Below, one piece after another: positions 35,878 through 48,290 of a DNA stretch of 64,000 nt. Source of the DNA: Phoronis australis (taxonomy: Eukaryota > Animalia > Phoronida); NCBI GenBank assembly GCA_002633005.1, contig NMRA01000004.1:1497245-1561244 (forward strand), read 5' to 3'. Both the position numbers and the translations under genes were made by a program. Below the pieces are notes generated by a model that saw nothing but the letters and a program-made list of their open reading frames with translations, did not search any database and was not told the origin of the DNA. Numbering within the stretch: the first letter of the stretch is position 1; each line of letters starts with the position of its first letter.

Positions 35878-37979
35878 CAGTGGTGGGTCTACGGGGGGTT
35901 CAGGGGGTTCAAACCCCCCTTGGGCCAGGACCCAAAAACAAAAAAACAAAAACGTCTCCAAAAAAAACAAAATGGCACAGCTAGCGTGTGTAAACCCCCA
36001 AGTAAACCAACTTGGAAAAAATTGAGGGGGGGGGGAGGGGTTCACTCTGAAAATATAATTTTTTGCATTGTGAATTGCTGAGTCTTCGTGGCTCATCGGC
36101 AAAACGCGCGGGGATCAATTGTGCGCGCGCTTCCGTCGACACTTCTGAAGTAACCAAGCATTTTAGATGGATCCATCGCTGAAAGAGCAGCTCTATAGCT
36201 GATTTTTTTGGTAACTAGCTTCTTTACTCTAAGATATGTTTTGATTTGATTAGGGGAAATACTGTGGTGCCGCAACCCTGATATACAGGCCAATTGACGT
36301 GCAACGTTTTTACCTCATCTGTCATGCCGTGTCATTCTATTACACTCCACACGTTTGTAACTGATGTAAAGTAAAGTTCTCTTGCGCAATATCATGCAGT
36401 GTACATGTACATGTATTATTTTTGAAAAAAATTCTTTTTCCGAAGAATTGCTATTGTATCGGGCGGCGTGGTCTGGTCGCGAGTCCGTTTGAAGATACAC
36501 GTTAACAAGTTATGTCTATACAAGGAATGACCAAGGGGGCACTCACATTGACAAAGTGACCGCATTCGCGAACAGTGTACAGTACCAGAAATTGCGGTGA
36601 GGCTGTTCTTTTACAACAAAGTCTTGGGGGACTTGCGTGGTGTTCAATAGGCCTCCTAAGGAGCCCTAGTTCCGAACTCAACACCTACCGTCTTTCTACC
36701 TGCAATAAGCACACTGCAAATAGGTCCTGGGATACAATGTACATCGTCAAGGTTTGAAGTAGTCCATGATGAACGGATCAAATTTAGTTGCGCATGCAAG
36801 TCTTTTGAATGGACTTGGCAACCTCAAGGGTCTTAGTGCCAACTGAGCTGCTAAACGAGATGCTGACATTGTAGAGGCTTACAAGCTCATTGACACAGCA
36901 GTTGACGAAGTGCAAGCGTTGGGAACAAACATCGAAGATATCTGGGTTGAAAGGTTCCAAGACGAGCAAACCATTGGATCCGATATACAGATTCCTCGGC
37001 AGTCTAGACAACAGAAGGATAGGACTAACCTATAAGTAACCACTGGGGATTAAAAAGTGTCTTGAGAGAAGTTTTCAATTCAAAATTTTTTTGCATAGTA
37101 CACTTAGGTCTCGCGACGGACCAGGCCAGCTTGACTTGTGTAGATGTTGAGTTTCAGTGTACGTCTGGTCCCTCGGCGAACTAGTCTTGTGATTTTTTTA
37201 CCAAAGTGTGCTTTGTAAAACAGCCAGTACTGTTTGGTCCCGCGACAGATCGACTGTTTTTATAGGGATAATAAGCACAGGTGTACTCTTGATCTCGTGA
37301 CGGACCAGGTCAGCCTTTTTGTGTACTCTCAGTGTAAATCTGGTCCCTCTGCAAACTAGTCTAGTATATCTTTTCACCACTGTGCACAGGATGTTTTAGT
37401 TTCGTGAAACTGTTTTCAGATGATTTGACGTTTTTCAATTGTTGTCAACGTGATTTAGCTTAATAAAGTGATACTTAATTATTTATTGTCGTTTTTAATG
37501 TTTATTTCCGGACAAACAGTACAGGTCTTCGTTCTTAAATAACTTGAAGCTGCTGTTGCACGATCATCTGATATTCAAGTTTTTACGCCCCGTCGGTGCT
37601 CCTTTTGCTCTTGAATATTTGGAAGTTGTCTGAACCCCTCTATACGTACCACACTTTTTCGTATACGACTTTTCTTATGCTAAAAAAGGTGCCTGTGTAA
37701 GCAGATGTTCCAACAAGAAAATTTGCTGGTGGCGTGACTCATACCCAGATGAGCACAATATGATTTCACGAAACTTATGAGCCAAGTTCATGTGACGAAA
37801 TCGAGAAGGGTTTTTAATTATCTTAAGAAAAACTTCAGAGACATGTTAATTGCCAGAAACTTACCAGGATGCATAAAAATTTCACTATTTGGCTACAAAA
37901 ACAAAAAATGTCCCCCTCTCGGCGCCACGCCCCTAGGATTCCTAACCCCCCCCTTACTGAAAACGTAGATCCGCCACTG
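35878..37979 (+). mobile_element. hAT element (5-bp TSD type) with decayed transposase remnant, 2.1 kb
   Basis: TIRs CAGTGGTGGGTCTACG / CGTAGATCCGCCACTG with CCATA on both sides. Remnant KRDADIVEAYKLIDTAVDEVQ...IPRQSRQQKDR (about 36850-37025) resembles ZMYM/THAP-P52rIPK-type hAT transposases. Confidence 0.8.
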
Positions 37980-39269
37980 CCATACACTCTTTCACAGTGC
38001 TACCAAAGGTAGCAGTGGGGAATGTTGTTTATAATGGCTTCTCATTGGAAACTGACGTCATAACCTTCAGATATTCCCATTGGCTGAAATCTGTGAAACC
38101 CCTTTCAGTTTACTGTTACGTAGTATGGCCATCTTTGACTTGAATAGTTGCAATTTATTAAAACGCGCAGTGGTCGAAATAAACAAAATCAAGGGAACAC
38201 CGATCCCGTGGCTAAGCCCAAATAAAAATACAGTGCACTAAAGGAGTTTGCAAGTGGTGGCGATGTGATCGATGAACTTCCGATCAAGCATGCGCATTGA
38301 TGCCTACACATGGAATTTCGTGTGTCGTTCATCACGTTCCACAGGGCCACTTTTCAGTATAGGTGGCGCTGTGTCAGAGGGTAGACATCCAATTGAACTA
38401 ATTGCAATGTTTTGAATACTTGAGAAGTTATTTTTGCTTTATTGAAATCCCTCATATGTAAAAATGTGTACCCAATGATAATGGCAATTTTTTATCCCTA
38501 AAAGTGCGTGCAACAGCTCTTTCCACGTAAAGAGGATTCAGTGAATTGTTCCATGTGTGAAACGATGTATTTAACCATGATGAGTAGACGACTGAAATAT
38601 TTACGTCGATGCTTCCAACAACTTTTTGTATTTAGTTGGTTTGAATGCTTTGGCAGAAATACAGTTTCGTGAAAACTGATGTCAGTAACAAAAGTACAAG
38701 TAGGCCTACGTGGAGACTCCCGGCCGCTACGCCGACGTGACAAACACAAATTATTCTTATTATAAAGCGGAAACTTCGTAAGAACAATCTTCCATGTTTT
38801 TTACTCTGTTACAAATCTCTTATTGACAAACCCGCGTTTACTCATTGACGAAAAATTCCTTTCTGAAGCTAATCAGTTAATGCTAACACATTCATTCATT
38901 TGCTAGATGATTGCACCGAAAAATAATGTCGACCAACTTAAAAGTCAGCGTTACTAAATGTTAAAACTGCACTTTGGGCATGATGGTGACAAACTTGGCA
39001 GGATAACGTTCATTTTCAAGGCTAAAACTTGTGAAAAAACTGGTTTCGCAGCCCGAGGAACTAGGGTTTAAACTTCCTCTCATTCAATTGAATGGCAAGT
39101 GACATTGTCAACTTTGACCCTCACAGTTCTCTGAAAAGAAAGCTTGCAAATGCTTGGATGTGTTAAATATGCCTACTTTACGAAACATTTTAGTCCATAG
39201 TGGCACGCGTTGTGTTGACGGAAAACCCGCGAGAACGCAAGATCTCGCAGAACCACGCAAAATCACACG

Positions 39270-39551
39270 CATAACGTAGAATTGTCGTGAGGACTTGACA
39301 GGGAAGTCAGGGGTCTCACACTCCACTGATTCATCTACATTATTTTGAAAGCGCTTTGCCCAGTCACACATTGTGTGTCATAAAAGAGATAAGCATACCT
39401 GCAGCTGTCGCAGCAAGTAGAACTACTCTCGTTTATCACATTGGTGAAGACTCACAGTTGAACTGTGGTTTTCTGTTGACCCCGGCCAGACCGTCCGGAG
39501 TTGCACCATACACCAACTCCGGACGGTCTCTCACGACGATTTAGCGTTATG
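39270..39551. mobile_element. MITE with 22-bp imperfect TIRs and a subterminal 16-bp hairpin
   Basis: CATAACGTAGAATTGTCGTGAG ... CTCACGACGATTTAGCGTTATG. Perfect stem AGACCGTCCGGAGTTG / CAACTCCGGACGGTCT. Second copy at 54934-55758. Confidence 0.75.
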
Positions 39552-42233
39552 GAGTGAAGGCAAGCTTTTCACGGATATTTTTAGGAGCTTACTTTGTTGA
39601 TTTGGTTTCCACGACAAAGATAGAATTCATAATTTATCATGGGTACTAGGGTAGCATTTTTACTGGTGCACTCCACCAAAAAGGGCAACCACTCATTGTT
39701 TTTTATCCATAAGCGAATATTTTTCGTCGCAAGTGTTTCGCTACTGTCTCGAGTCTACGAAACGCCACCCTTGATAATATTAGTCTTTCTGGAGCATGCG
39801 TGGTTCAGTACCTACCAACTCTGAGTGTTATTTCTTTGCTGAACTTGTGTTTCGAAAAGGGCACATTACGATGTTCAACCATCAGTGTTTAATTTTTAAT
39901 CGAGCACCTGTATGCCTGGGAATCAATATATACACGAAAACTTTTCTTGTGAAGTTAGTGTCCAATACGTTTTACTGAGTATGAGCAGTTGTGTTGGTAG
40001 GGGCCCCAGATGGTCTTGACTTACGTGCCTTTGTGAAGCTTTTAAAAACAAAAAAATGAAGAGACCTTGGCTGAAACTGATGGGGGAGGGAGCCTTTCAT
40101 TACTTGATGAAATGAACTTTCTCCAAGTATGTTGCTTTGTCATAAAATTTGTAAGTTTTTTGTTTTTGTATATTTCTTATTCGTACGCTACAGATTACAG
40201 TTCTTAACAGTCAACGCGAAATTTACACACAACATGTGTTCCGCGAATGGCTTGAAGCCTATTGTTTTTTGTTGAAATCCGATGCAAGGTGGCGCTGTGG
40301 TGGCCGTTTTCCCCTTTTTTCGTTTGCGGAGCCATAGCTCCGCTGTTGCTTTTGTCCTAATCCTAGCTCGAGCTCAAAATTGACCACTTGCGTGTTACAT
40401 TTCAAATAAAATAACAAATTTGTGCTCCAGTCATTCAGGGTGATATGGTGAATTTCGAGACTGACGTTTGTCGTCGGGTCCGCCAATTCGTTGGAGATTT
40501 TTTGCATAGTTGCATGAACAGTCCCAAATAGGGACTCTTCTGTGGTCCCTGAATCTAAAGCGTGCTAGTGCCGGAACTTGTGAAAACACTGAATGTCATT
40601 TGTTATTTTTCGGGCTTCTGGTGGAGGACCCTTTCCAGAGTGCAGTTTGGTGTCATCGGGTCATTCGGTGTCAGTGCGGCACGACTGTTCGTTTTAAATC
40701 AGTTTTGGCCGGTAGCTCGAATATCTGATATAGCTCATTTTTAACCCCTCGTACCCAGGGTGCAGGTACTGGCAGGCATTAATTCTATACATACTGAGCT
40801 GCACTTTAAGTGCTCCCGCTGTCGGTCAGATGTTGGAAGCTAGTTCACTTTCACGTGCTCTGAGTTGCCGGTCTACTGTTTGCACTGCTTTTTTCGTATG
40901 ACGTCATTTTGACGTTTTGGACACAGCCAATTAAAATTAAAAAGCCAAAATTAAAAACAGTAACAATAATGAGGCCAAATTTATGTATCGCTGTAAATTA
41001 CTAAGGACGTGGGAAATTATTACAGGTCTATAGACCAATCAAACTTGTTCTCAACTCTCCAGGCGCAACCGTGTCGGAGAAAGGAGTGCCGAGCAATCGC
41101 AACTACTCTCCTTGGTCGGAGCACATCCTAACACATAAGTTCGTAAAAAATCAGGTAAAAATCCAAAGACTTAAATTTTTTTTGAACATGTGATGTGTCT
41201 GTGCGTTTCGGCTATGTGTGGGTACAAATCGCGTCATAATAGATAGATGGATACGTCATCACCGACTAACTAACCAGTGTTTGCAATTACGTCATAGCAC
41301 AGAATAAATCGGACGAAAGAATTTAGAGGCAGGAGAACAAAAAGACGGGGAGGGACCATGTCGTTTCTGTTGGATTGGCGCTGGTTTTGCCGTGCTAAAC
41401 GTCCAAGTTTAAACATTTAAGTTTAAAGAGCGTGAAAAGTTAAATTGTGAACTAAAACTGACATCAATAAATCCAACCAGAAACACCCAGTATCCTAATT
41501 CCAAAAGTTTGCACGTAAGATTCAGTTGCATGATTTTCATACCTCAAGGGAAGCTTGCGTTTGACCTTGAGCTCAAAATTTACAAAACGGAAGGAACCGG
41601 CCAATTAAGTCAGTGATCAATTCTTGGCGGCAAAAATAAGATAGTCCCAATAAAGGGGTGTGATGGTTGTTTTATATTAAAATAAGGTCACATTTCTTCG
41701 CCAGAAGTCCTATTTTTGAAAATTTTTAACTCATATCGTAAAATTATACATAGAAAATGAAAATACAAATTCTTTGTCCGGGTTTGACTATAGCCCTCAA
41801 CCCCGTGAATAATGTGCCATTCGTTAAAGAGTTGTGGGCGCAAGATATAAGTTTGACGCTTTTAAAATCTGTGAATTTTCAACTGAATGGGCACCAGTCC
41901 CGGTGAAAGGATTAGAATACTAAGAAGTTGTCCTTTTTAACACCGAAAAACCCGGTCTGCCAATTATACAACATAGCTGTGTTTATCAAAATGCATTTTA
42001 CCTTTCCGATGACATTCAAGAAATTGTTCAAAATTGATGTAGAAAATAAATCTGAAACTAAATAAGGCGATCCAGATCCTCCCAATGATACTATTGTTTT
42101 ACGAAATGTAGAATATAAATAGGTAAATAAAATAACAAGAATGGATCAACTGAAATTTTCGGATGTAATAACGTCCTTTGTCAACAGAAACAGAAATAAA
42201 GTAAAATCAAACACTACTAGAGTACATGACAAT

Positions 42234-44269
42234 TGACATTTAAGATATGGTGTAATGATAAAATGATTCGACCGCTCAATTGCGGGGTTGAACTTCTTCG
42301 GGTCCGGTCCTGGGGTTTGAAACCCGCTCCAGTCCGACTCTTAAAAACATGAGTGACGTCTTGTAAGTCTACTATAGTTTCTTCTAAAAGTTTTAGAGTT
42401 GCTTCATAGTCTCTGATAAACTAAGTTCTTTCTCATAACCTCTGTTTGTAATTTTCGACAACATCAATAAATAAGAATGTATATTTAATCAATTCAAATC
42501 TCCTTTTACTCCTGCTTTTTAAATATCCAAACTTCAAAACGACTGAGCGTCTATCCGCCAGGTCCGGCGGCCGGTCATCCACAACATACATAAAACACGT
42601 ACACTCAACGCTGCATATATAACACCTGTTCCAGTCCAATCTAGCAATATGAGTGACGTCTTGTAAGTCTCCTATAGTTTCTACTAAAAGTTTTAGAGTT
42701 GCTCAATAGTTTTTGATAATTTTTTGTCATAACCTCTGTTTTGTAATTTTCGACATCAAATCTCCTTTTACTCCTGCTTTTTAAATATCCAAACTTCAAA
42801 ACGACTGAGAATCTATCCGTCAGGTCGACACCGGCGGTCATCCACGACACACATAAAACACGGGCACCTTTAATCAGCCCTCAACTATTGCACTAAATAA
42901 TTTCAATATTTATTTATTTACGTACTATCATCTAGGACTGATCAAAGGTGCCTGTGGTCAAAAAAGACGACAGAACGACGTGAGCATCCCCATCATCCGT
43001 GGTCAAGCAGCCAACTATTGCACAAAAATCATCATTACATCTAGAAACCAGTACATACTGGTTCCTAACAATATACAGAGTAAATTTGTCGAAAAATATG
43101 TATTTGCTTCGCGATATCACTTTCAGAAACGTTTGTCCTCCAACATGGCGGATGACCTAATTGATGACGTCATTCGATAATACCCTGTACGGAAATCCGG
43201 TGAAGGGTCGATGCACGGCCAGAAGTTGAGTGCTGTTTGTCTGTCGCTGAATTAGTTTAGTTAATGCCAGTCTCTTTATTGGCTTGTTACGGGGGACGTT
43301 GGGTAACACACGGGATATCATTGACGATTTGGTGATTTGTAAATCTTTTTTACCTGAGGTAAGGGATCAATTACTAATGTTGAACAATGAANTGACATTT
43401 AAGATATGGTGTAATGATAAAATGATTCGACCGCTCAATTCCGGGGTTGAACTTCTTCGGGTCCCGCGGTCTTGGGGGTTGAAACCCGCTCCAGCCCGAC
43501 TCTTAAAAACATGAGTGACGTCTTGTAAGTCTCCTATAGTTTCTTCTAAAAGTTTTAGAGTTGCTTAATAGTTTTTGATAATTTTTTTGTCATAACCTCT
43601 GTTTGTAATTTTCGACATCAATAAATAAGAATGTATTTTTAATCAATTCAAATCTCCTTTTACTCATCCAAACTTCAAAACGACTGAGCATCTATCCGTC
43701 AGGTCGACACCGGCGGTCATCCACAACACACATAAAACACGGGCACCTTTAATCAGTCCTCAACTATACACTAAATAACTTCAATATTTATTTATTTACG
43801 TACTATCGTCCAGGGCTGATCAAAGGTGCATGTGGTCAAAAAAGACGACAGAACGACGTGAGCATCCCCATCATCCCTGGTCAAGCAGCCAACTATTGCA
43901 CAAAAATCATCATTACATCTAGAAACCAGTACATACTGGTTCCTAACAATATACAGAATAAATTTGTCGAAAAATATGTATTTGCTTCGCGATATCACTT
44001 TCAGAAACGTTTGTCCTCCAACATGGCGGATGACCTAATTGATGACGTCATTCGATAATACCCTGTACGGAAATCCGGTGAAGGGTCGATGCACGGCCAG
44101 AAGTTGAGTGCTGTTTGTCTGTCGCTGAATTAGTTTAGTTAATGCCAGTCTCTTTATTGGCTTGTTACGGGGGACGTTGGGTAACACACGGGATATCATT
44201 GACGATTTGGTGATTTGTAAATCTTTTTTACCTGAGGTAAGGGATCAATTACTAATGTTGAACAATGAA
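42234..44269. repeat. Complex near-identical tandem duplication (segments X-Y, Y-Z, N, X-Y-Z)
   Basis: X starts at 42234 and 43393; Y starts at 42351, 42651 and 43513; Z spans 42863-43391 and 43742-44269; N at 43392. Confidence 0.9.
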
Positions 44270-47200
44270 CGGTGATTGATCGTCAACATGCCAAGCGCTG
44301 TCACCCACTCACTTCTGTCTGGCCAGTCACAGTGGCCTTGTCATTGTATGTGTTAAACTGAAGTTATTACTTCGTTGATGAGAGCTTATCTCAATTTTAA
44401 AACATAATGTACATCTCCATTTCTCTCTACCTCTACTGTTATCGGCTACGGTGTCTAACGTGTGTGAACTAATTGGTGTTGGACTTGGAGTAACCAAGAT
44501 TATGAATCTAACTTCTAAGAGAGTAATCTCGAGATTAGGATGTGGTCATAATTTATACAAAAATGCACTGTGATAAAGAAAAACTTATCTAAAGATTGAA
44601 GTGTGAAACATGTGTCCTGCCTTTGCCTTCTTTTTCTTGTTGCACACTCATATTTACCTGGTGTACATGTTTAAGCCTACCTCCTATAAAATCATATAGA
44701 TCTATCATCTATGGTTTAATCTCCAGATTAATTAGTCTAATAACTCCAGGTTCACTGTTAGTCTATTAGTAATCTGGAGACGAAATATTATTCCAAGTTC
44801 AAGCATAGTAATTTTGCCCTGGAGAGCTTCTCTCTTTAGAAAATACTTCTCCTACAAAAAAATGTATTACTGGTGTAGTTCCATGGTTTTTCCTTGGGGT
44901 ACATTTTTCCATCAGTGGACGAAATTAAGCTCAATAAAATCACATATTCAGTTTTCTCATCTTGGATATTATTTGTTTGTAAGAAACTGAACCAATAAAT
45001 TAAATACATCTATGTTAAAATGTCTTGGTTTAGTTGATTATCTTCCGTTGTTTTCCATTGATTAAAGTTCGTGCCAGCTATATTCGTCTCATTTTTCCTA
45101 TGTACATTGTGTCATTCAGTTCACGTATCTCAACCAAGAACTTGAAATAGACCCCAAAACTTTTTGAAGATGGGGCCCAGTGTTTGGAAGTGCAAGTCAA
45201 ACACTGTCACGTATGAGAGGTACATTCTAAAAAGAGTGAGATAAGCTACCACGAGTTTACCACACTTGTCTTGTAATTCTTTTTCTGTTCAGTTGGTGTT
45301 TTGTTAACTGTTGTTTAAAAAACTCTTTCAGCAAGTTCAGCTAATTTTAAATTTATGAATTTCACATTCACTCTGCTGTAGCTGGGTATTTTCTTACATT
45401 ATGTTTCATAATGTTATCTAGACTGAACTGTGATTATAATATTATGTAATGGTCTGTGACTTTGCCAAACAATTTATTTGGTCATTGATCAAGTTCCTGC
45501 AGAGTTTTAAGAACTGTCAACTGATACTCAGTTGCCCTTCATTAGATTAGTCTGTACAAATATTGCTTGTTACTTATTGGATCTGAGTTTGAAAACACAC
45601 AGCCTCATTAAAGTTCTCCTTAAAGGGCAATAAACCTGGGCTTCTGGCAAGAAACTAACTTTTGATTAAGAGTACTTCCCAGTATGAAATTGGTTTGTCT
45701 CAACTTTCCTTAGTGAGATAAGAAGTGAGTTTTGGTATTGCTAAGTACTGACAGTTAGGTTATTGCTGGAGACCTTACATGGCAAATAAAATGACACGCC
45801 ATGGCTAGCCAACTTGTAGACCCAGGCCTCAAGCAATAACAAACTACCAATTCCTTCCAAGTGTAGAAATCACACTATTTTGACTAAGAAACAATTAGAG
45901 ACCAATTTCATAATGAAGGGGCCTAAATCAAAAGTTTGTTTTTCGTATCCACTTCAACAATAGAATGATGATGAGAAGATTTTTATGTCATCAGTAGCTC
46001 GATTTGTATCATACAGTTATCACGAAATAAAACTTAAGAAAAATTTTCAACATTTCAACAACTAGTACTCAGTTTTTGAGAAATGGAAAATTGTAATTTT
46101 GGGTAATTATTTTTTGTGTAAAATTAAAGAGAAATTACCATAGTTTTGACTCCATATGTATAATAGCATTCGGTCTAATTTTTTATATTTTCAACCTGAA
46201 CTACCATATGTACCGACTTCCTTTTTAATGTCCACCATTTTATGTTGTTGGTGTGCGGTATTTTCTGTTCACAATGATTTGGCCATTTCTTCAGTGGCAT
46301 AGCTGAGATTATTATCTCCTCTAGGAGGCAAGTCACCACCAATTTTCTGCCACCAGTTTCTGGGAAGTGGCCCACCTCCCCTTGCCATGGCATTTCATTT
46401 TTGCAAAATCTTTCATGAACTTTTTTGGTATGCTGCAAAGAAACTGACCTTTTCTTACTGTTGTGTTGTTGAATACCCTACTGTATTCCCTGGTGGTTGG
46501 AACTTGTGGTATTACTGATATAAACGTGTACCATTTACACATAGTTCAGTGGTGTAAGATCTCCAAGCACCTATCTGCTCAAGATCAGTGGTGCACATTT
46601 ACTGTTCATCTGTTTGCAACAAAACTGACAAGACGGTTCTTACAATTTACTAACAACATATTACATTACACTGGTCTGTCCTCTCCCAACTTTAGATACC
46701 CATCTTGTTGTGAATTCACTGATTATGGGAGTATGTCTTAGATTACAGTCCTGATAGCATTTGTTTTGAAAGTATCAAATGTTGGTTGTCATGTGGTGTT
46801 AAAGGGAATGTGGTTTAACACCCCAGTAACATTTTGAATTTTCCTGGAAGTGGATTCATGACAAGTCTGCCTAATCATTTCTTGAGTGAATTGTGTAACC
46901 AGTGACAGTAAGTGCTTCCAAATGATAAGTAAGGTCTTGATGAGATTAAAACCCTTTCACAGTGAGTTCAGAAGACTCATAGGTTCATTGCTCAGTGTCG
47001 TGAGGAAAAGAGATTGTTTTGGATGCATGGTAATTCTCCACTTATTTGCACAAAAATAATTGCCAAAATTGTCATTTTCCATTTTTCAAAGGCTGATTAC
47101 CTTTTTTGCAATTCAATAAATGTTGTTTTGCGACGTCTGCACGCTACAATCCAGGCTTGTAATTGACTGAAATGTACTTTTGTGGAGAAATTTTACATTT

Positions 47201-48059
47201 AGCATTCACTTGTCAGCCATATTGTGTGCTAGATAAGTGAGGAATTCCTGTATCACTGTTTGGTTAGCTTGGTATATTTTATTTCTTGACTTCATTTCTA
47301 ACATCCATTGGTCTAATTTCACCAATGTCCAGCTTATTTGCATTGGAAGTGATACTTTAGTGGGTTATATTCAACAGGATTTTGGAAGGCGTTATTTAAA
47401 TTTTTGTAACATGTTGTAACAATGATTCCATAGAAGCTGTGTAATGTCTAGACAGCAAAACTAATAGCTCAAGTTTAGGTCATTTCAAGCATATTATGTC
47501 AAAATAATGTCACATTTTTATTGTAAAAACCATCCTTAAAATGTAAAGGTAATCAGAAAATTGTGACCAAAAATTTTCATTTCAAAATTAGGGACATAAG
47601 CCATAATTTTAAGTTAAATTAAAAAATTTTGTCTGTCATTAGGGAGTTATTACATTAGGCCAAGACATAGTTGGGCCTGGTGTCTGGTTTTTTGAAAATT
47701 GAGTTGGAGGTTTGGCATTTCTTTTTAGTTTCTCACGTTTTCTAAAAAGCAAATGAGATGAGCAAGAAATGGTTCACGATTTGTTTTTTTTTACTCATGT
47801 CTTGGCAAATCATGGTGTTTCATACCTTGCTTACATGCCTTTGTGCAGCTTTTCAAAAACACGAGAACTTGACTGAAACTGATGCAGACGGGTGTTTTTT
47901 CTTTGTCAGTTAGTGAGCGCAGGTCTAAAAATGAGTTGGGGTAGAGTCCAGAGCCAACTTTGGTTTTTTGGCCTAAAATTCTCCGCAACCTGAACATGGG
48001 CTGGGGTCTGATCTTAGCACTCAAAATCAAAAACTAAATTAATTTTGGCATTTTCCTGT

Positions 48060-48290
48060 CTACTTTTGGGCAAACTCAAGATAAGTGGCTATTCGTCTGT
48101 GCTCAAGTACGTTATAATTGGTGGATATGAGTTTCTAGTCCAACTTTGCACTTAATGACCCCTATATTCTTGCCACTAACTTGGTAAAAACTCGAGATTT
48201 CAAGTACACCCTCGAAATTTCGAATCCCAGACTCGAACTTTTAGCTTTAATGTTGGGGTCATCTAGTACAAACTAGCATTAGCAAGTTAT
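48060..48290 (+). repeat. Dispersed repeat; an inverted copy lies at about 50430-50630
   Basis: GCAAACTCAAGATAAGTGGCTATTCGTCTGTGCTC...GAGTTTCTAGTC...TTTGCACTTAATGACCCCTATA matches the reverse complement of 50520-50620. Confidence 0.7.

Noticed and set aside
38496-39070. Possible piggyBac-like MITE (CCCTA...TAGGG)
   Set aside because: The TIR match is only about 5 bp and there is no clean TTAA duplication.
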